Below the pieces are notes generated by a model that was not told the DNA's origin, did no database searches, and was given only the letters and a program-made list of their open reading frames with translations. Shown here in pieces: positions 9,508-20,667 of a stretch of DNA of 64,000 bases. Position 1 is the stretch's first letter, and the number at the start of each line of letters is the position of its first letter. Source of the stretch: Candidatus Poribacteria bacterium. Lineage in GTDB: Bacteria; Poribacteria; WGA-4E; WGA-3G. The stretch covers positions 3,328,001 through 3,392,000 of the forward strand of contig OZ240248.1 of NCBI GenBank assembly GCA_965198235.1, read 5' to 3'. A program made the translations under genes and the position numbers.

Positions 9508-9957
9508 ATGACAGCAGCCGAGAAAAACTCCATTATTGAGATGTTAACACCGATGCTTGACATTGACGGTATTGAGCTTGTGGATGTTGAAGCACATTCA
9601 AAAACGCTGCGACTCCTTATTCATAAACCCGATGGGCTTTCGGTGGCAGATTGTCAAGCGGTGAACCAGGTCGTACGTCCGATTTTAGAGGTTCATGAAT
9701 ATTTAGCAAACTATGCTCAGTTGGAAGTGGCTTCCCCCGGCATAGACAGACCGTTACGAACCGCTAAGGATTTTCAGCGAAATTGTGGACGGACAGTTCG
9801 GATAGAAATCGCCGAAAAAAACGAGCACAAGCGTCAAGTACAAGGCACTGTCGTAGAGGTGCGTCCTGAAGAAGTCGTCTTAGCGCAGTCTGATGGAAAG
9901 GACATCTCCGTTAAAATTTCGCAAATTCTCAATGCCTGTATACACCTGAGATGGTAG
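9508..9957 (+). CDS. rimP: ribosome maturation factor RimP
   Basis: LEVASPGIDRPL; first gene before nusA; start trimmed. Confidence 0.9.
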   Translation: MTAAEKNSIIEMLTPMLDIDGIELVDVEAHSKTLRLLIHKPDGLSVADCQAVNQVVRPILEVHEYLANYAQLEVASPGIDRPLRTAKDFQRNCGRTVRIEIAEKNEHKRQVQGTVVEVRPEEVVLAQSDGKDISVKISQILNACIHLRW

Positions 9958-10078
9958 CGAACAAGAGCCAAAGACGCATACTGCGAATATTAAAAGATGG
10001 AAAGGAGTACGCGGACTGTTATACAGGGCAACATCTACAAGTCTGTATAATCAAGAGAAACCGCGGACATCAATTATT

Positions 10079-11356
10079 ATGTTAGAGAACCTCCAAAACG
10101 CTATACGTCAAAATACGGCGCAGACAGATTTACCTGAACAGGTTTTCGTTGAAGCGATAGAAGAGGCACTACGTGCCGCCGCACGCCGGGTTTACGGTGC
10201 CGATGCCAATATTTCTGTTGAGATTAATTTGGAGAAAGGTGATATACGTTGCTATGTCCCGAAAAAAGTGGTTAATATTATGCGTGATTTCTCGACAGAG
10301 ATTCCGATTGAGCAAGCGGTGAACCTCCAAGCGGACGTTGAGGTTGGGGAGATGCTGGATGTTGAAATTAATCCCAGTGAGTTTGGACGGATCCCGGCAC
10401 AGTTAGCAAAACAAATCCTTTTCCAAAAAATCAAACAGGCGGAGCGAGAAAAGATTTATCAAGAGTTTGCGGGACGTGAGGGTGAAGTTGTGACAGGTTA
10501 TGTCCAACGTTTTGAGCGTGGTGGTATCATTTTGGATCTTGAGCAGACGGAAGCCTTTTTACCACCCCGCGAGATGCCACGTTCACAGAACTACGAGCGT
10601 GGTAAACGCTTGCAATGTCTAATTCTGTCTGTGAAGAATGAGATGCGTGGTGCTCCGATTATTGTATCGCGGACGCATCGGGACCTGGTAGCGATGTTAT
10701 TTGAGCAGGAAGTTCCTGAAATCTATGAGGGTCAGGTTCAGATTATGGCGGTTGCGCGTGATCCTGGGAATCGGGCGAAAGTTGCGGTCAAGGCGACAGA
10801 AGAGGGTATTGATGCCGTAGGCACGTGTGTTGGAGTCAAGGGGATACGTGTCCAGACGATCGTCAGTGAACTTGATGATGAGAAGATAGACTTATTGGAA
10901 TGGAGTGAAGATGCCAGCGTGTTCATCGCGAATGCTCTGGGTGGTCGAGTTGGCGTGCGTAGGGTTGAGCTCAATGAGCAAGATAGGAGTGCTCTTGTGA
11001 TTGTTCCTGACAATCAGTTGTCTTTGGCGATTGGGCAACGAGGACAGAATGCGCGACTCGCTGCGAAATTGACGGGCTGGAAGGTTGACATAAAGGGTGA
11101 GTCTGAAGATGCTGTTTCGATTAATGAACTCTTTAAACCGGAAGATTCTGATAAAACAGATGAGCAAGCCTCGGACAGCCAAGAAGAAAGTCCTGACCAA
11201 AGTCTGCAAGAACAGGAGACTGTCGATGTGCCGGATTCAACAGAAGCTGAACAAGTAGTTGATTTGGCGGAGGATGTTGAGGTAGACTCAGACGCGGAGA
11301 TCGAGACGGATACATCTGCCGCTCCTGAGCGTGATGATTTTGATGCTGAGTCTTAA
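10079..11356 (+). CDS. nusA: transcription factor NusA
   Basis: [38 protein letters not shown]. Confidence 0.97.
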   Translation: MLENLQNAIRQNTAQTDLPEQVFVEAIEEALRAAARRVYGADANISVEINLEKGDIRCYVPKKVVNIMRDFSTEIPIEQAVNLQADVEVGEMLDVEINPSEFGRIPAQLAKQILFQKIKQAEREKIYQEFAGREGEVVTGYVQRFERGGIILDLEQTEAFLPPREMPRSQNYERGKRLQCLILSVKNEMRGAPIIVSRTHRDLVAMLFEQEVPEIYEGQVQIMAVARDPGNRAKVAVKATEEGIDAVGTCVGVKGIRVQTIVSELDDEKIDLLEWSEDASVFIANALGGRVGVRRVELNEQDRSALVIVPDNQLSLAIGQRGQNARLAAKLTGWKVDIKGESEDAVSINELFKPEDSDKTDEQASDSQEESPDQSLQEQETVDVPDSTEAEQVVDLAEDVEVDSDAEIETDTSAAPERDDFDAES

Positions 11357-11362
11357 AAGTGG

Positions 11363-11677
11363 GTGGAGTCATTGAGGGATGTTATTCGCACTTGTATTGG
11401 GTGCCGTGGAAAATTACCGCAGAAAGTGTTGGTTCGGTTCGTGTGTCAGGGGGACGGGAAACTGCAAATCGACAGTCAAAAGAAGTTAGGCGGGCGCGGG
11501 GCTTACGTTTGCCTCTCTCAAGACTGCATTCAGAAAGCGTTCAAGTCTTCCAAACGGATTAATTCTTTATTACGTGTGCAACTGGCAAGTGAAAATATAG
11601 TGCAGTTTGAACAAGTGCTTCTTCAAAGGACCCAAAAGTCCACGAGCACAAAAGAAGAAAAGGAGGAATTACTATGA
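11363..11677 (+). CDS. ylxR: YlxR/DUF448 family RNA-binding protein
   Basis: RTCIGC, GRGAYVC; between nusA and infB. Confidence 0.88.
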   Translation: MESLRDVIRTCIGCRGKLPQKVLVRFVCQGDGKLQIDSQKKLGGRGAYVCLSQDCIQKAFKSSKRINSLLRVQLASENIVQFEQVLLQRTQKSTSTKEEKEELL

Positions 11678-13716
11678 GCAGAGCCCAACGACAGCGGGAG
11701 AAGCCCGCCAAAGGTAGTCAAGAGGAAAGTCAAATCTCTGGTATACGGGTTTATGAATTGGCGAAAGAATACAACCTAACAAACAAGGAACTTATCACTC
11801 TACTTGAGGGGCATGGAGTTCGCGTTAAAAACGGGATGAGTACCCTCGATCCAGATACCGTTGCGCTTATTGGATCAGAATTGGCTGACGAACCGGTGGA
11901 GGAAACCGTTTCTACGCCCGAAGATGCTGTTGAAAACGCCTCAGAGTCGGAAGAAACTAACACAACCGGTGGTTTGCAGGTTGTGGAAGGCGCGACTGTC
12001 GCTGACCTCGCAACATCGCTGGAGTTACAACCTTCAGCGTTGATTATGCGTCTCATGAAGTTAAAGGTGATGGCGAGCATAAATCAGCGGCTTGATTACG
12101 ATACGCTTGTGATGCTTGGAGAGCATCTGAATTTTGAAGCGGTTAGGCCGAGAACGCTTGAAGAAAAACTATTGACCGAGATACCGGATGATCCAGAATC
12201 TTTACAATCTCGAGCTCCGGTGGTCACAATCATGGGACATGTTGACCACGGCAAAACATCTCTTTTAGACTCTATTCGTCAGTCAAATATCAGTGAATCT
12301 GAAGCAGGTAACATAACACAACATATTGGAGCTTATCACGTAAAATTAAAAGGTGGGCGCATCGTTTTCTTAGATACGCCGGGGCACGCCGCTTTTACTG
12401 CGATGCGAGCACGCGGCGCACAAGTAACCGATATTGTCGTTCTCATTGTCGCAGCTGACGATGGAGTCATGCCTCAGACAATTGAGGCGATCAGTCACGC
12501 AAAAGCTGCAAAGGTTCCGATTGTAGTCGCAATTAACAAAATAGATGTGCCCGGAGCGCGCTCAGACTACGTCAAACAACAATTGGCAGAACAGGAACTC
12601 CTGCCAGAGGACTGGGGTGGACAAACCATTTGTGTTGAGACCTCCGCTATAGATGGAACAGGGATTGACTTTTTGCTTGAAATGCTCCTTTTGGAAGCGG
12701 CTCTGCTGGAACTCAAAGCAAACCCAAATAAGTTAGCACGTGGTGTTGTTATTGAAGCACAGGTTGACAAAGGACGGGGTGCCATCGCAACCGTCCTCGT
12801 ACAGTCGGGTACATTGAGGGTTGGTGATGTTTTTGTTTCAGGTAGGTACTCCGGAAGAGTTAGAGCAATGATGGACGGTTTCGGGAAACGGATGAAAGAA
12901 GCTGGACCTTCATGTCCTGTTGAGGTGCTCGGTTTTACCGGCGTACCAGAAGCAGGCGACAAATTCTATGTCGTTGAGTCCGATAAGGATGCACGTGCTA
13001 TCAGTGAAACCCGTCTGGACCGGTATCGCAATGAAAAACTCGGTGAAAATAGCCACGTCAGTTTAGATAACCTGTTCCAACAAATTCAGGAAGGCGAAAT
13101 CAAAGAATTGAACGTTGTTCTTAAAGGCGATGTGCAAGGTTCCGTACAAGCCGTCGCCTCATCACTGCTCGAGTTGAGTGCCGATGAGGTTAAAATCAAT
13201 ATTATTCACCAAGCGGTCGGAGGGATCACCGAAACCGACATTTTGCTCGCCTCTGCTTCTGATGCAATTGTCGTCGGCTTCAACGTTCATCCTACGACGG
13301 AGGCGGTGCAGGCTAAAGAGACTGAGGGGATTGATGTTCGGACCTACAATGTCATTTATAATCTCATCTCCTATATCCATTCGGCTATGGAAGGTCTGCT
13401 TGATCCCGAGGTCCGAGAAGTCGTTATCGGGCGTGCCGAGGTTCGTGAATTATTTAAGGTGCCACGCCTCGGTTTGGTTGCTGGTAGTTACGTCAATTGG
13501 GGACGAATTTCCTTCAACCAACCCCTTCGTATCCTTCGCGACAATCGATTGATTCACGAAGGTAAAGTCAATTCGCTTCGCCGGTTCAAGGATAATGTCA
13601 ATGAGGTGCAAGCGAACTACGAATGTGGAATAGGAATTGAGACGTTCGGTGATTTGAAGGTCGGTGATGTCCTTGAATGTTATGTTCACGAACAGGTGGC
13701 GCGCTCACTTTCGTAA
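11674..13716 (+). CDS. infB: translation initiation factor IF-2
   Basis: [26 protein letters not shown]. Confidence 0.98.
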   Translation: MSRAQRQREKPAKGSQEESQISGIRVYELAKEYNLTNKELITLLEGHGVRVKNGMSTLDPDTVALIGSELADEPVEETVSTPEDAVENASESEETNTTGGLQVVEGATVADLATSLELQPSALIMRLMKLKVMASINQRLDYDTLVMLGEHLNFEAVRPRTLEEKLLTEIPDDPESLQSRAPVVTIMGHVDHGKTSLLDSIRQSNISESEAGNITQHIGAYHVKLKGGRIVFLDTPGHAAFTAMRARGAQVTDIVVLIVAADDGVMPQTIEAISHAKAAKVPIVVAINKIDVPGARSDYVKQQLAEQELLPEDWGGQTICVETSAIDGTGIDFLLEMLLLEAALLELKANPNKLARGVVIEAQVDKGRGAIATVLVQSGTLRVGDVFVSGRYSGRVRAMMDGFGKRMKEAGPSCPVEVLGFTGVPEAGDKFYVVESDKDARAISETRLDRYRNEKLGENSHVSLDNLFQQIQEGEIKELNVVLKGDVQGSVQAVASSLLELSADEVKINIIHQAVGGITETDILLASASDAIVVGFNVHPTTEAVQAKETEGIDVRTYNVIYNLISYIHSAMEGLLDPEVREVVIGRAEVRELFKVPRLGLVAGSYVNWGRISFNQPLRILRDNRLIHEGKVNSLRRFKDNVNEVQANYECGIGIETFGDLKVGDVLECYVHEQVARSLS

Positions 13717-13753
13717 ATTAGTTCTGTTCGTATAGTGGTGTATTTTCATAAGA

Positions 13754-13774
13754 GGTGCGATTGTCAATCGCACC
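13754..13774. repeat. perfect palindrome (REP-like hairpin)
   Basis: GGTGCGATTG-T-CAATCGCACC. Confidence 0.7.
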
Positions 13775-13794
13775 CACAATTGACTGACACTTTC

Positions 13795-14079
13795 ATGCAC
13801 ATCGGTGTTTGTAAAATCCGTCTGCGAATTCCGGAAAGTCAATCGCTGAAAGCGAAACGCCGGGTTCTCAAAAGCCTCATCGCGAGACTCAAAAACCGCT
13901 TCAACGTCGCTATTGCTGAAGTTGAGGCGTTGGAGGCACATCAGTTCGCCATATTAGCTGCCGTTTCAGTTTCCAACGATGTCGTACATCTGAATAAGAT
14001 TATCTCACATCTTATCACTTTTGTTGAGACTAATGTAGATGCTGAATTAGTGGATTACGAAACGGAATTTTTCTTTTAA
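13795..14079 (+). CDS. DUF503 (YlxP-like) protein
   Basis: SLKAKRRVLKSLIARLKNRFNVAIAEV; between infB and rbfA. Confidence 0.9.
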   Translation: MHIGVCKIRLRIPESQSLKAKRRVLKSLIARLKNRFNVAIAEVEALEAHQFAILAAVSVSNDVVHLNKIISHLITFVETNVDAELVDYETEFFF

Positions 14080-14126
14080 TTAATGAAGTTCGCAAGCCAA
14101 AACTTGCTGCAAGAGATAGGATTGAC

Positions 14127-14519
14127 ATGGTAGATAATAGAAGGCAAGATCGGGTAGGAGCCCTCATTCAGCGAGAATTAAGCGAGGTTATCCAACGTTC
14201 CGTCAAGGATCCGCGCGTCGCGTTTTGTACTGTCACACAGGCCTCCGTGTCCCCGGATCTAAAGTATGTGGATGTGAAGGTGAGCGTTATCGGCGATGAG
14301 GAGCAGAAAAGCAAAACGCTCGCGGGTTTAAAGAGTGCAGCGGGTTTCCTAAGGCGCGAGATTGGGAGGCGTCTGACGCTTCGCTATTCGCCGGAGCTTC
14401 GGTTCGCTATAGATGAATCCGCTGATTATCTCTTCAAAATAGATGGGCTCCTCAAGTCTGTGGAGACCGATGATGAAACGACAGAAGACCACCCAGCGGA
14501 CAACCCTACAGATGGCTAA
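14127..14519 (+). CDS. rbfA: ribosome-binding factor A
   Basis: KDPRV, SPDL, AAGFLR, LRYSPELRF. Confidence 0.95.
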   Translation: MVDNRRQDRVGALIQRELSEVIQRSVKDPRVAFCTVTQASVSPDLKYVDVKVSVIGDEEQKSKTLAGLKSAAGFLRREIGRRLTLRYSPELRFAIDESADYLFKIDGLLKSVETDDETTEDHPADNPTDG

Positions 14520-15528
14520 TACGCATGACTACGGCGTACTCCTTACCCTATTTGACCGATACCATAACTTCGCGCTTTCAACGCACATTAATCCTGATGG
14601 CGATGCAATCGGTTCCGAGTTGGGGCTTTACCTCTTTCTCACGAAACTCGGGAAATCCGTTAAAATATTTAACACGGATATAGTACCACCTAACTATCGA
14701 TTTCTCCCATTTTGGGATAGTATTGAGAGCGCGTATTCCATGGGGACATATCGTCCTGAGGTGTTGATTGTATTGGACGCAAGTACGCTGGAGCGGATTG
14801 GAAAGGGTCTTTCCAAAACCTTGTATCCTATACACACCCTCGTTAACATTGATCATCACGCCACTGCCGAGGCATTCGGTGACATCAACCTCATTATACC
14901 TACAGCCTCTTCCACTTCAGAGATTGTTTACAAGCTTATTAAACATCGTCAATTTCCAATATGCGAAGCCTGTGCACTTTGTCTCTATACAGGACTGATG
15001 TTTGATACCGGCTGTTTTCGACATAGTAATACCACAGCCGAGACACATCAAATCGCCGCAGAATTAATTGAGATTGGTGGATTCACTCCGGATGAAGTCT
15101 ATCGGAATGTCTATGAACAGGTCCCTGTTGCTAAGATACGCCTGTTGAGTGAAGTACTCAGCACATTGCAAGTAACAGATGATGGAAAGATAGCATCCGT
15201 GTATGCAACACAGGCGATGTTTCGCAAAACTGGAACGGCTGCTGATGCGGTGGAGGGGGTTGCGAACCAGATTCAAGCAGTAGCGGGTGTTGAGATGGCA
15301 CTCTGTGTGTCTGAGATGAGGGATCAAAGTACAAAAGTGAGCCTACGGAGTCAGGGATACGTTGATGTTAGTCAGCTTGCCGCAGAGTTTCAAGGGGGAG
15401 GACACGCCCGCGCCGCAGGATGTCGGATTGCTATGCCCTATCCATTAGCCATTGCTGCCCTTGTTCAAGCTTCACAACGCTACATTGATCCGGATCACAT
15501 GAGAGATGGTGATTGCCAGAAGGATTGA
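14512..15528 (+). CDS. nrnA: DHH/DHHA1 phosphoesterase (nanoRNase/pAp phosphatase)
   Basis: HINPDGDAIGS, IDHH, DTGCF, GGGHARAAG. Confidence 0.88.
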   Translation: MANTHDYGVLLTLFDRYHNFALSTHINPDGDAIGSELGLYLFLTKLGKSVKIFNTDIVPPNYRFLPFWDSIESAYSMGTYRPEVLIVLDASTLERIGKGLSKTLYPIHTLVNIDHHATAEAFGDINLIIPTASSTSEIVYKLIKHRQFPICEACALCLYTGLMFDTGCFRHSNTTAETHQIAAELIEIGGFTPDEVYRNVYEQVPVAKIRLLSEVLSTLQVTDDGKIASVYATQAMFRKTGTAADAVEGVANQIQAVAGVEMALCVSEMRDQSTKVSLRSQGYVDVSQLAAEFQGGGHARAAGCRIAMPYPLAIAALVQASQRYIDPDHMRDGDCQKD

Positions 15529-16505
15529 ACAACGTGGAAAATGCCTGCAGTGGGAGCGATCTACAGGTCGCAACCACATCTTATAGTCTAAACGACATAG
15601 TTGAATTTGGCAGAGAGACTGCTGTCACTTTTGGCGTATTTGACGGTATCCATCTTGGACACCAAGCGGTTATTAACACACTCCTTAAACATGCTGCACA
15701 TGATAACTTGATGAGTGTATTGGTCGGTTTTTACCCGCATCCACTTGCCTTCCTTGCCCCAGAACGGTGCCCACCTATCCTAACACCTCTCTCCAAGCGC
15801 GTTGAAATACTTCAACAATTTGGCGTTGATGAAATTGTCATGCTCAGTTTTGACGCACAGATTGCATCAATGTCTCCTGAATCCTTTGTAGAATGTGTGC
15901 TCTTAGAGAAATGTCGAGCGAGGCACGTTGTTGTGGGGTATGCTTGCCAATTTGGAAAAAATCGTGCGGGCGATGCAGAGCGATTGGTCGGGCTTAGCCA
16001 AGGATATGCATTTGATGTTTCTGTTGTTCCACCTACAGAAGTAGATGGGGCACCGGTCCATAGCACTCGTATCCGAGAGGCACTCGCACAAGGCGATCTT
16101 GAACGGAGTTCAGAGTTATTGGGACGTCCCTATTCCTTGATCGGTAATGTCGTTCATGGTGATGGTCGTGGAAGGGAAATTGGATTTCCTACCGCGAATA
16201 TAGAAACCCAGAATCAAGTCTATCCTCCTAATGGTGTTTATGCTATCCGTGCGAAGTTAGAGGAACGGTGGTTAGACGGGGTATTGAACATCGGCATGCG
16301 TCCTACGTTTAACGGTGTAAATATTCAGGTGGAGGGGCACTTCTTCAATTTTAATGAAATGATCTACGGTAAACCGGTAGAAATATTCTTCGTAGAGAAG
16401 ATTAGAAGTGAACGGAAGTTCCCAAGTCCAGAGTTTCTGATTCAACAGATACAGCGCGACATCGCAGCAGCGACGGAAATTCTCGCATCGCCTACCTCCT
16501 CGTAG
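15513..16505 (+). CDS. ribF: riboflavin kinase/FAD synthetase
   Basis: FDGIHLGH, STRIR, GREIGFPTAN, NIGMRPTF; start uncertain. Confidence 0.95.
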   Translation: MPEGLNNVENACSGSDLQVATTSYSLNDIVEFGRETAVTFGVFDGIHLGHQAVINTLLKHAAHDNLMSVLVGFYPHPLAFLAPERCPPILTPLSKRVEILQQFGVDEIVMLSFDAQIASMSPESFVECVLLEKCRARHVVVGYACQFGKNRAGDAERLVGLSQGYAFDVSVVPPTEVDGAPVHSTRIREALAQGDLERSSELLGRPYSLIGNVVHGDGRGREIGFPTANIETQNQVYPPNGVYAIRAKLEERWLDGVLNIGMRPTFNGVNIQVEGHFFNFNEMIYGKPVEIFFVEKIRSERKFPSPEFLIQQIQRDIAAATEILASPTSS

Positions 16506-16552
16506 ATGATGCTGCTTAAACTTAGGGGCTGCCGTGGGATTGTGAGTTTAAT

Positions 16553-16581
16553 TTGAATTTTGGGTTGATTTGTGATATTAT
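16553..16581 (+). promoter_or_regulatory. probable rpsO-pnp promoter
   Basis: TTGAAT-17-TATTAT with extended TG. Confidence 0.55.
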
Positions 16582-16773
16582 ATATGTGTCAGATATAGAT
16601 GGAGAAGGGAGCGATCTCCCGAATACGATTTAGTTTTTATTTCATATAAGGTTTTACAAAGCACTGATGTTTCGTAGTATTACCTTTATGAGGCAACTCT
16701 TCTTGGATTTTGCGAGTTTCCTAAACTTGCTATTACAAAAGTTAGGTGTTTGACCAAAAGGAGGTGAACGTAA

Positions 16774-17064
16774 TTGGCGATTGATGCAGCAGAGAAGAAG
16801 GAATTGATCCAACAGTACCAGATACACCAACAAGACACTGGTTCCCCGGAGACCCAAGTGGCAATTTTGAATGCGCGTATTCAACAGTTGACTGAGCATT
16901 TTCGGACGCACCGAAAGGATTATCATTCGCGCCATGGACTTTTCCGATTAGTTGGCAAGCAGCGCCGCTTGTTACGGTATCTTTACAAGAAAGACGCAAC
17001 GCGCTATTACCGTTTAATTAATGAACTCGGAATTCGTGACACTATCGGATCGAGGAGGAGTTAG
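16774..17064 (+). CDS. rpsO: 30S ribosomal protein S15
   Basis: [21 protein letters not shown]; TTG start after GGAGGTGA. Confidence 0.97.
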   Translation: MAIDAAEKKELIQQYQIHQQDTGSPETQVAILNARIQQLTEHFRTHRKDYHSRHGLFRLVGKQRRLLRYLYKKDATRYYRLINELGIRDTIGSRRS

Positions 17065-17169
17065 ATTTTGTACGGGTGCTGGGCGAGTTTGTCGTCTCAG
17101 TGCCAATTTTTACTGTCTATACTCGGTGACACGACAAAATAAATAGGAAATACAGGAGTAGTACATAGA

Positions 17170-19506
17170 ATGAAAGTTGAAATGCAACTTGGGAGCGAGA
17201 AGTTATCAATTGAAACCGGAAAAGTTGCGAAACAGGCAGACGGTGCCGTTTGGGTGCAATACGGTGGAACGGTTGTTTTAGTCACGGTGGTAGCCGATGA
17301 TGCTGAACAAGACCTCGATTTCTTTCCTTTAACAGTAGATTACCGTGAAAGGGCATACGCCACTGGGCGGATACCAACAGTTTATGGGAGGCGCGAGCCA
17401 CGTCCGGGGACATCAGAACAGTTGGTAGCTCGTTTAATTGACCACTGCATTCGCCCTCTTTTTCCAAAGGACTTTAAGGCTGAGGTGCAAGTTTTATGTA
17501 ATGTGTTTTCATCGGATGGTATTCATCCCGCGGATGTTCCCGCCCTTATCGGAACTTCTGCAGCATTATCGATTTCCGATATACCCTTTAACGGGCCTGT
17601 CGCTGCTGTCACCGTCGGAAAAGTTGAAGACAAGTTAATCATCAATCCTACTTATGAAGAATTGCATGCCTCAAGTATCGAATTGTTCGTCAGTGGTAAG
17701 GCAGATGCTGTTATGTCTGTCGAAGGCGGTGGGCATGAAACTCCTGAAGATGAAGTCATTGACACAATTATCACCGCTCACGCGCAGATACAAGAGATCA
17801 TCAAACTTCAAGAAGGATTGGCGGCTGGCTGCAGTAACGCAAAACGCGACTATGCCTCTAAAAGTGTTGAGTCTAACCTCAGTAGCCGTGTCCGGGATCT
17901 CGCCACTTCCCGCGTTCGAGAGTCTATCGGGATGGCAGACAAGAAGTTGCGTGAGGATTATCTTGAACAGGTGCAAGAAGAAGTGCTCTCAGAAATTCTT
18001 GAGGATACATCTGAGGAAGCCGATTCCAATGCAACAAAAGATGCCATCTCCATCTTAAATGAAATCGAAAAAGAAGAGATGCGTGAAGCGATTCTCACAC
18101 AGGGGAAACGTGTTGATGGTCGAGGTGTAACCGACATTCGCTCGATTTCAGGAGAAGTGGCGTTGCTCCCACATACCCACGGCTCCGCTCTGTTTAGCAG
18201 AGGGCAAACACAGGCACTCTGTGTAACAACACTCGGTACATCCGGCGATGAAGACGTACAACGCGGACTTGATGGCGAAGCAAGACGCTCCTTCTTTTTA
18301 CATTATAACTTCCCACCATTCAGTACCGGTGAAGTCAAACGCATGATGGGACCCGGGCGCCGGGAAATCGGGCACGGGGCACTCGCGCAAAAGGCTCTTG
18401 AACCGGTCATCCCGGATAAGGAAGAATTTCATTATACCATTCGGGTTGTCTCCGAGATTTTGGAATCTAATGCCTCATCTTCAATGGCAACTGTCTGCGG
18501 TACAACACTCGCACTGTTAGATGCGGGTGTGCCACTTAAAAGACCCGTTGCGGGGATCGGTGTCGGTCTTATCAAGGAAGGCGAACAGGAAGCTATCCTT
18601 ACCGATATGCTCGGAACCGAAGATTTTCTCGGCGACATGGACTTCAAAGTAGCGGGAACCAATGAAGGTGTCACCGCTATACAGATGGACATCAAGATTG
18701 ATGGTGTCACGCCTGAGTTGATGCGCCGGGCAATTCATCAGGCGAGAGAGGCACGCCTTTCGGTCATCGAACAGATGAACGCTGTCATAGCCGAACCGCG
18801 TGCGGAATTGTCACCCTACGCACCTCGAATTTATTCCCTCCAAATTGCGCAGCAGAAAATCAAAGACCTCATCGGTCCGCGTGGTAAAACTGTGCAGGGC
18901 ATCCAAGAAGAAACAAGCACGACCATCAATATCGAAGATGATGGGACTGTCGAGATTGCCGCGACAAGCGCAGAAGATGTCAAACGCGCGGAAGAGAAAA
19001 TTCGGGCAATCACCGCTATGCCTGAGATTGGCAAGGAATACACCGGTAAGGTGGTCCGAACAGCACCCTTTGGCGCATTTGTCGAAATCCTGCCCGGTAA
19101 GGATGGGCTTGTTCATATTTCACAGATGGGGGATGGGTATGTCCGCCGCGCCGAGGATGTTATGCAGGTTGGTGACGAGGTTACCGTCCGCATCCTCACT
19201 ATTGACGAACAGGATCGCGTAGATCTTACACTCGTTGCTGCAGGGGGCGTGCCTGTTGAAGAACTAAATATTGAATCAGGTGAAGATCGTGAGCCCTCAT
19301 CCGATTGGAATGCTGGCAGAGAATCCCGAGACTCCGGACGCTCTAACTATCGGGATAATCGGGATAATCGGGATAATCGTGAGTACCGTGATAGACGTTC
19401 TAATGACACACGCGAACGGCGCGGAAATCGCTATGACCAACGAGATAATTCTCGCGACTTCCGTAATCAACGCTCACCACGCATTCCCAAAGGGCGTTCC
19501 CGGTAG
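17170..19506 (+). CDS. pnp: polynucleotide phosphorylase
   Basis: FFPLTVDYRE, RREIGHG, DMDFKVAGT, KH and S1 domains. Confidence 0.98.
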   Translation: MKVEMQLGSEKLSIETGKVAKQADGAVWVQYGGTVVLVTVVADDAEQDLDFFPLTVDYRERAYATGRIPTVYGRREPRPGTSEQLVARLIDHCIRPLFPKDFKAEVQVLCNVFSSDGIHPADVPALIGTSAALSISDIPFNGPVAAVTVGKVEDKLIINPTYEELHASSIELFVSGKADAVMSVEGGGHETPEDEVIDTIITAHAQIQEIIKLQEGLAAGCSNAKRDYASKSVESNLSSRVRDLATSRVRESIGMADKKLREDYLEQVQEEVLSEILEDTSEEADSNATKDAISILNEIEKEEMREAILTQGKRVDGRGVTDIRSISGEVALLPHTHGSALFSRGQTQALCVTTLGTSGDEDVQRGLDGEARRSFFLHYNFPPFSTGEVKRMMGPGRREIGHGALAQKALEPVIPDKEEFHYTIRVVSEILESNASSSMATVCGTTLALLDAGVPLKRPVAGIGVGLIKEGEQEAILTDMLGTEDFLGDMDFKVAGTNEGVTAIQMDIKIDGVTPELMRRAIHQAREARLSVIEQMNAVIAEPRAELSPYAPRIYSLQIAQQKIKDLIGPRGKTVQGIQEETSTTINIEDDGTVEIAATSAEDVKRAEEKIRAITAMPEIGKEYTGKVVRTAPFGAFVEILPGKDGLVHISQMGDGYVRRAEDVMQVGDEVTVRILTIDEQDRVDLTLVAAGGVPVEELNIESGEDREPSSDWNAGRESRDSGRSNYRDNRDNRDNREYRDRRSNDTRERRGNRYDQRDNSRDFRNQRSPRIPKGRSR

Positions 19507-19547
19507 TAGGGAACGCGTTGTAACAACCAATTTACATAGAACACGAA

Positions 19548-19579
19548 GTAGGGTGAAGGGCGGTTCCTTTACCCTATTT
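19548..19579 (+). terminator. hairpin terminator after pnp
   Basis: GTAGGGTGAAGGG-CGGT-TCCTTTACCCTAT then a short T run. Confidence 0.65.
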
Positions 19580-19645
19580 CTATGTTTAAACCCCGATACC
19601 ATTGATTTTAGGTAGTTAAACTTATAGACGAAGAAAATTAAAAAT

Positions 19646-19675
19646 TTGGCATGTTCCCTGAATTTATGCTATAAT
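19646..19675 (+). promoter_or_regulatory. sigma70-type promoter
   Basis: TTGGCA-18-TATAAT with extended TG. Confidence 0.6.
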
Positions 19676-19769
19676 ATGAGTATTATAAAGTAATCCGAAT
19701 CTTTGACGAGGACGATACAGCTGCCCGTATAGACGAAGTAAAACACACTACTGAAATGAGGGCAAACCA

Positions 19770-20030
19770 ATGAAATCACGACGTAATCTAACTAAGCACG
19801 CCTTTGATAAAGGAGACTTGCTCGATCAGAGATGGCTCACCTATCTTTTAGCCATTGTTCTCATACTCCTTGTGCTCGTCTTTGTTGTTCTATTGTCGCC
19901 TACCTATAAACGATATGTTGTTGATACTGTTAAATCTGTGTTTTATGGTGGGAAACAGACAGCACCACGACCGAAAGCGGCTCCAGTAAAGTTTCAGCGA
20001 CCCGCACTAACGAATGGTCTGATGTTTTAA
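19770..20030 (+). CDS. small single-TM hypothetical protein
   Basis: One hydrophobic helix, basic tail, GAGG upstream. Confidence 0.6.
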   Translation: MKSRRNLTKHAFDKGDLLDQRWLTYLLAIVLILLVLVFVVLLSPTYKRYVVDTVKSVFYGGKQTAPRPKAAPVKFQRPALTNGLMF

Positions 20031-20123
20031 ACGAAGCAGACAAAACCGTGGCAATTAGGAGACACGAAAACTAACTTTAGAACACAGTCGGTCCCTTTTT
20101 CCGACAAAACTCCGGAGAGAAAA

Positions 20124-20639
20124 ATGTCTAAAATGTTGTTCATCTTAGTGCTACCGATTTGGCTAATTTTGATCTCTGGGTGCGGTTATGTTTCCAAATC
20201 AGAGTATTTAGAGCATATCTCAACCATTCGTATTACACCTGTTGAAATCCTGGATGCAGATTTTGCTTATGATAATGCCTCCCAACGTCCCAATGATGAA
20301 GTCATCCATGAGAAACTAACCCAACGTTTCAACCGTAAATGGCGAGACGGAAACGATGCCGAATTTACGATGCGGATACAGGATTACAATGTAAGAGAGC
20401 ACGGATTTGGACCTAATGGTGAAGTTGAGCTCGTGCGGATGACGCTTCAGATAGAGTATCAATTTATAGATAGGGTCCGCAACCAAATTATTGAGGAAAG
20501 TGATAACTACCTCCAGGTTCACGATTTCTATATTGTCTCAAATCGGGCTGAACCGATGGAAAGCGGTGAACAAGCCAGAAGTCTTATTGTAGAAGAATTG
20601 ATCGAGGACCTTTACAACCAATTGGCTGAGCAGTGGTAG
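20124..20639 (+). CDS. LptE-like lipoprotein
   Basis: Lipobox ISGC-GY, ~170 aa, ends LYNQLAEQW as in LptE-family proteins. Confidence 0.65.
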   Translation: MSKMLFILVLPIWLILISGCGYVSKSEYLEHISTIRITPVEILDADFAYDNASQRPNDEVIHEKLTQRFNRKWRDGNDAEFTMRIQDYNVREHGFGPNGEVELVRMTLQIEYQFIDRVRNQIIEESDNYLQVHDFYIVSNRAEPMESGEQARSLIVEELIEDLYNQLAEQW

Positions 20640-20667
20640 CAGAACACTGCGTCGGAGCTCTCCCTCC

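Noticed and set aside
9997-10078. 17-codon ORF, or an in-frame CTG start after AAGGAG, upstream of nusA
   Set aside because: The ATG at 10079 gives a normal NusA N-terminus; no independent support
19759-19790. c-di-GMP-I riboswitch-like GGGCAAACC..GAAA
   Set aside because: The GAAA stem does not pair, the second hairpin is absent, and it overlaps a start codon
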